From Tortispora ganteri (Eukaryota), in NCBI GenBank assembly GCA_003707115.1, contig PPNB01000016.1, positions 124,001 through 188,000 of the forward strand: 64,000 nucleotides of DNA, given 5' to 3'. The translations under genes and the position numbers were made by a program. Within the stretch, counting starts at the first letter, position 1. The number at the start of each line of letters is the position of its first letter. The notes under the pieces are model-generated. The model made no database searches. It was not told the DNA's origin and saw nothing but the letters and a program-made list of their open reading frames with translations. Below are positions 63,021-64,000 of this stretch, piece after piece.

Positions 63021-64000
63021 TCATCCACTGGCATATGCGAGTACAGGCTCTTCTGTCTCTTGTTTAGACCTCGCCTTAACATCCAGTACGTCTTTCGCAA
63101 ATTTCAGTGCTCTTGCAGGAACACCTGCCATTTCCGCCACTTTTAGTGCATGCGAATAGCCCGCTATACCGGGACGAATTTTATGGTCGTACCAAAATTC
63201 CCCGTCAGCATCATTAATACCTGTACAGTACACACCTATTTTGCCAATTGTTGCGGAATGTTCTGCGAGGTTGTGAAAATGTGTAGCAAACAAAACTCTG
63301 CTTTTGTTTACGCTATACAGATGATTCAAACATCCGAATGCAATGGCCTCGCCTTCGTCAGGAGATGTTCCACGCCCCACCTCATCCATGATGACTAAAG
63401 AAGAAGGAGTTGCATTATTGAGGATGGTAGCAGTTTCAATCATTTCCACCATGAAAGTGCTCTGATCCCTGTAGAGATTGTCATGTGCACCAATCCGACT
63501 AAATATTCTGTCGACAATTCCGATTGTAGCACTCTCAGCAGGAACATAAGAGCCAATTTGCGCCAATATTGAAATAATAACATTTTGGCGTAAGAAAGTG
63601 CTTTTACCTGCCATGTTTGGGCCAGTGATCACCCATACACGTTCATGATTAGTTTTGTCGCTCTTCAAGTAGCAGTCATTAGGCACAAAACTGCCTGATG
63701 CTCGTTCCATAAGTCCTGCTTCTACGGTTATATGTCTTCCCCCTTTAATTTCTATCTTCTGATCGTTAGTCAGAACCGGCCGTACAAGGTTAGCTTCTTC
63801 GGCAAGTTCAGCAAAAGAACAGGCTATATCGATTCGGTCGATAATCGCCGATGTTTCCTGTAATTGCTGATAATTATCCAGAATCAAAGCCTTCAATCTC
63901 CGCAAGATCCTTTTCTCTTCGTCCCTAATTCTCAATCTGATGGAGCCCAATTCGTTCCCCAAGTCAACCCACGGTTTCCAAGAAAATGAAGCTGACGATT
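63021..64000 (-). CDS. MSH1: Mitochondrial MutS homolog Msh1, C-terminal ATPase part; 5' end outside the window
   Basis: GGRHITVE..FVPNDC..VWVITGPNMAGKSTFLRQN..ILAQIGSYVPA..VDRIFSRIGAHDNLYRDQSTFMVEM..MDEVGRGT..FATHFH..SHALKVA. The frame is open to the window edge. Confidence 0.9.
   Translation of the reverse strand, partial: SSASFSWKPWVDLGNELGSIRLRIRDEEKRILRRLKALILDNYQQLQETSAIIDRIDIACSFAELAEEANLVRPVLTNDQKIEIKGGRHITVEAGLMERASGSFVPNDCYLKSDKTNHERVWVITGPNMAGKSTFLRQNVIISILAQIGSYVPAESATIGIVDRIFSRIGAHDNLYRDQSTFMVEMIETATILNNATPSSLVIMDEVGRGTSPDEGEAIAFGCLNHLYSVNKSRVLFATHFHNLAEHSATIGKIGVYCTGINDADGEFWYDHKIRPGIAGYSHALKVAEMAGVPARALKFAKDVLDVKARSKQETEEPVLAYASG

Noticed and set aside
1..64000. Transposons, LTRs, CRISPR arrays, bacterial-type horizontally acquired operons, TGA-CTA readthrough signals
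   Set aside because: No transposase/RT/integrase motifs, long repeats or spacer arrays were seen. THI6 is the fused fungal form, and none of the stop codons I checked had the TGA-CTA context.

Overview
Gene-dense, intron-poor fungal DNA, most consistent with a budding yeast (Saccharomycotina) using the standard code, since CTG occupies invariant Leu positions in Smc2. Retention of Set9, a CoA-transferase III and a sarcosine/pipecolate-oxidase-like gene points away from Saccharomyces. The window holds about 28 protein genes, mostly housekeeping: SPF1 (partial), RPB8, SEC7, TIF5, THI6, NOC3, CBP3, EMC2, TIP41, ERV2, ITC1, MDN1, SET9, AKR1, SMC2, CUE1-like, MDJ1, SAP30, HIR3, KAE1, THP3-like and MSH1 (partial), plus 3-4 uncharacterised ORFs. 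I found no mobile element, CRISPR, rRNA or tRNA. The best hidden signal is a poor-context (UUUU-AUG-A) upstream ORF that overlaps the eIF5 (TIF5) start codon out of frame, the architecture of eIF5 start-codon-stringency autoregulation. Other points: an ATG-only first exon in ITC1, an unexplained N-terminal domain on the THP3-like protein, a Cys-rich orphan ORF, several very tight convergent/divergent gene pairs and some odd splice-signal arrangements. All calls come from motif recognition by eye; no database searches were run.
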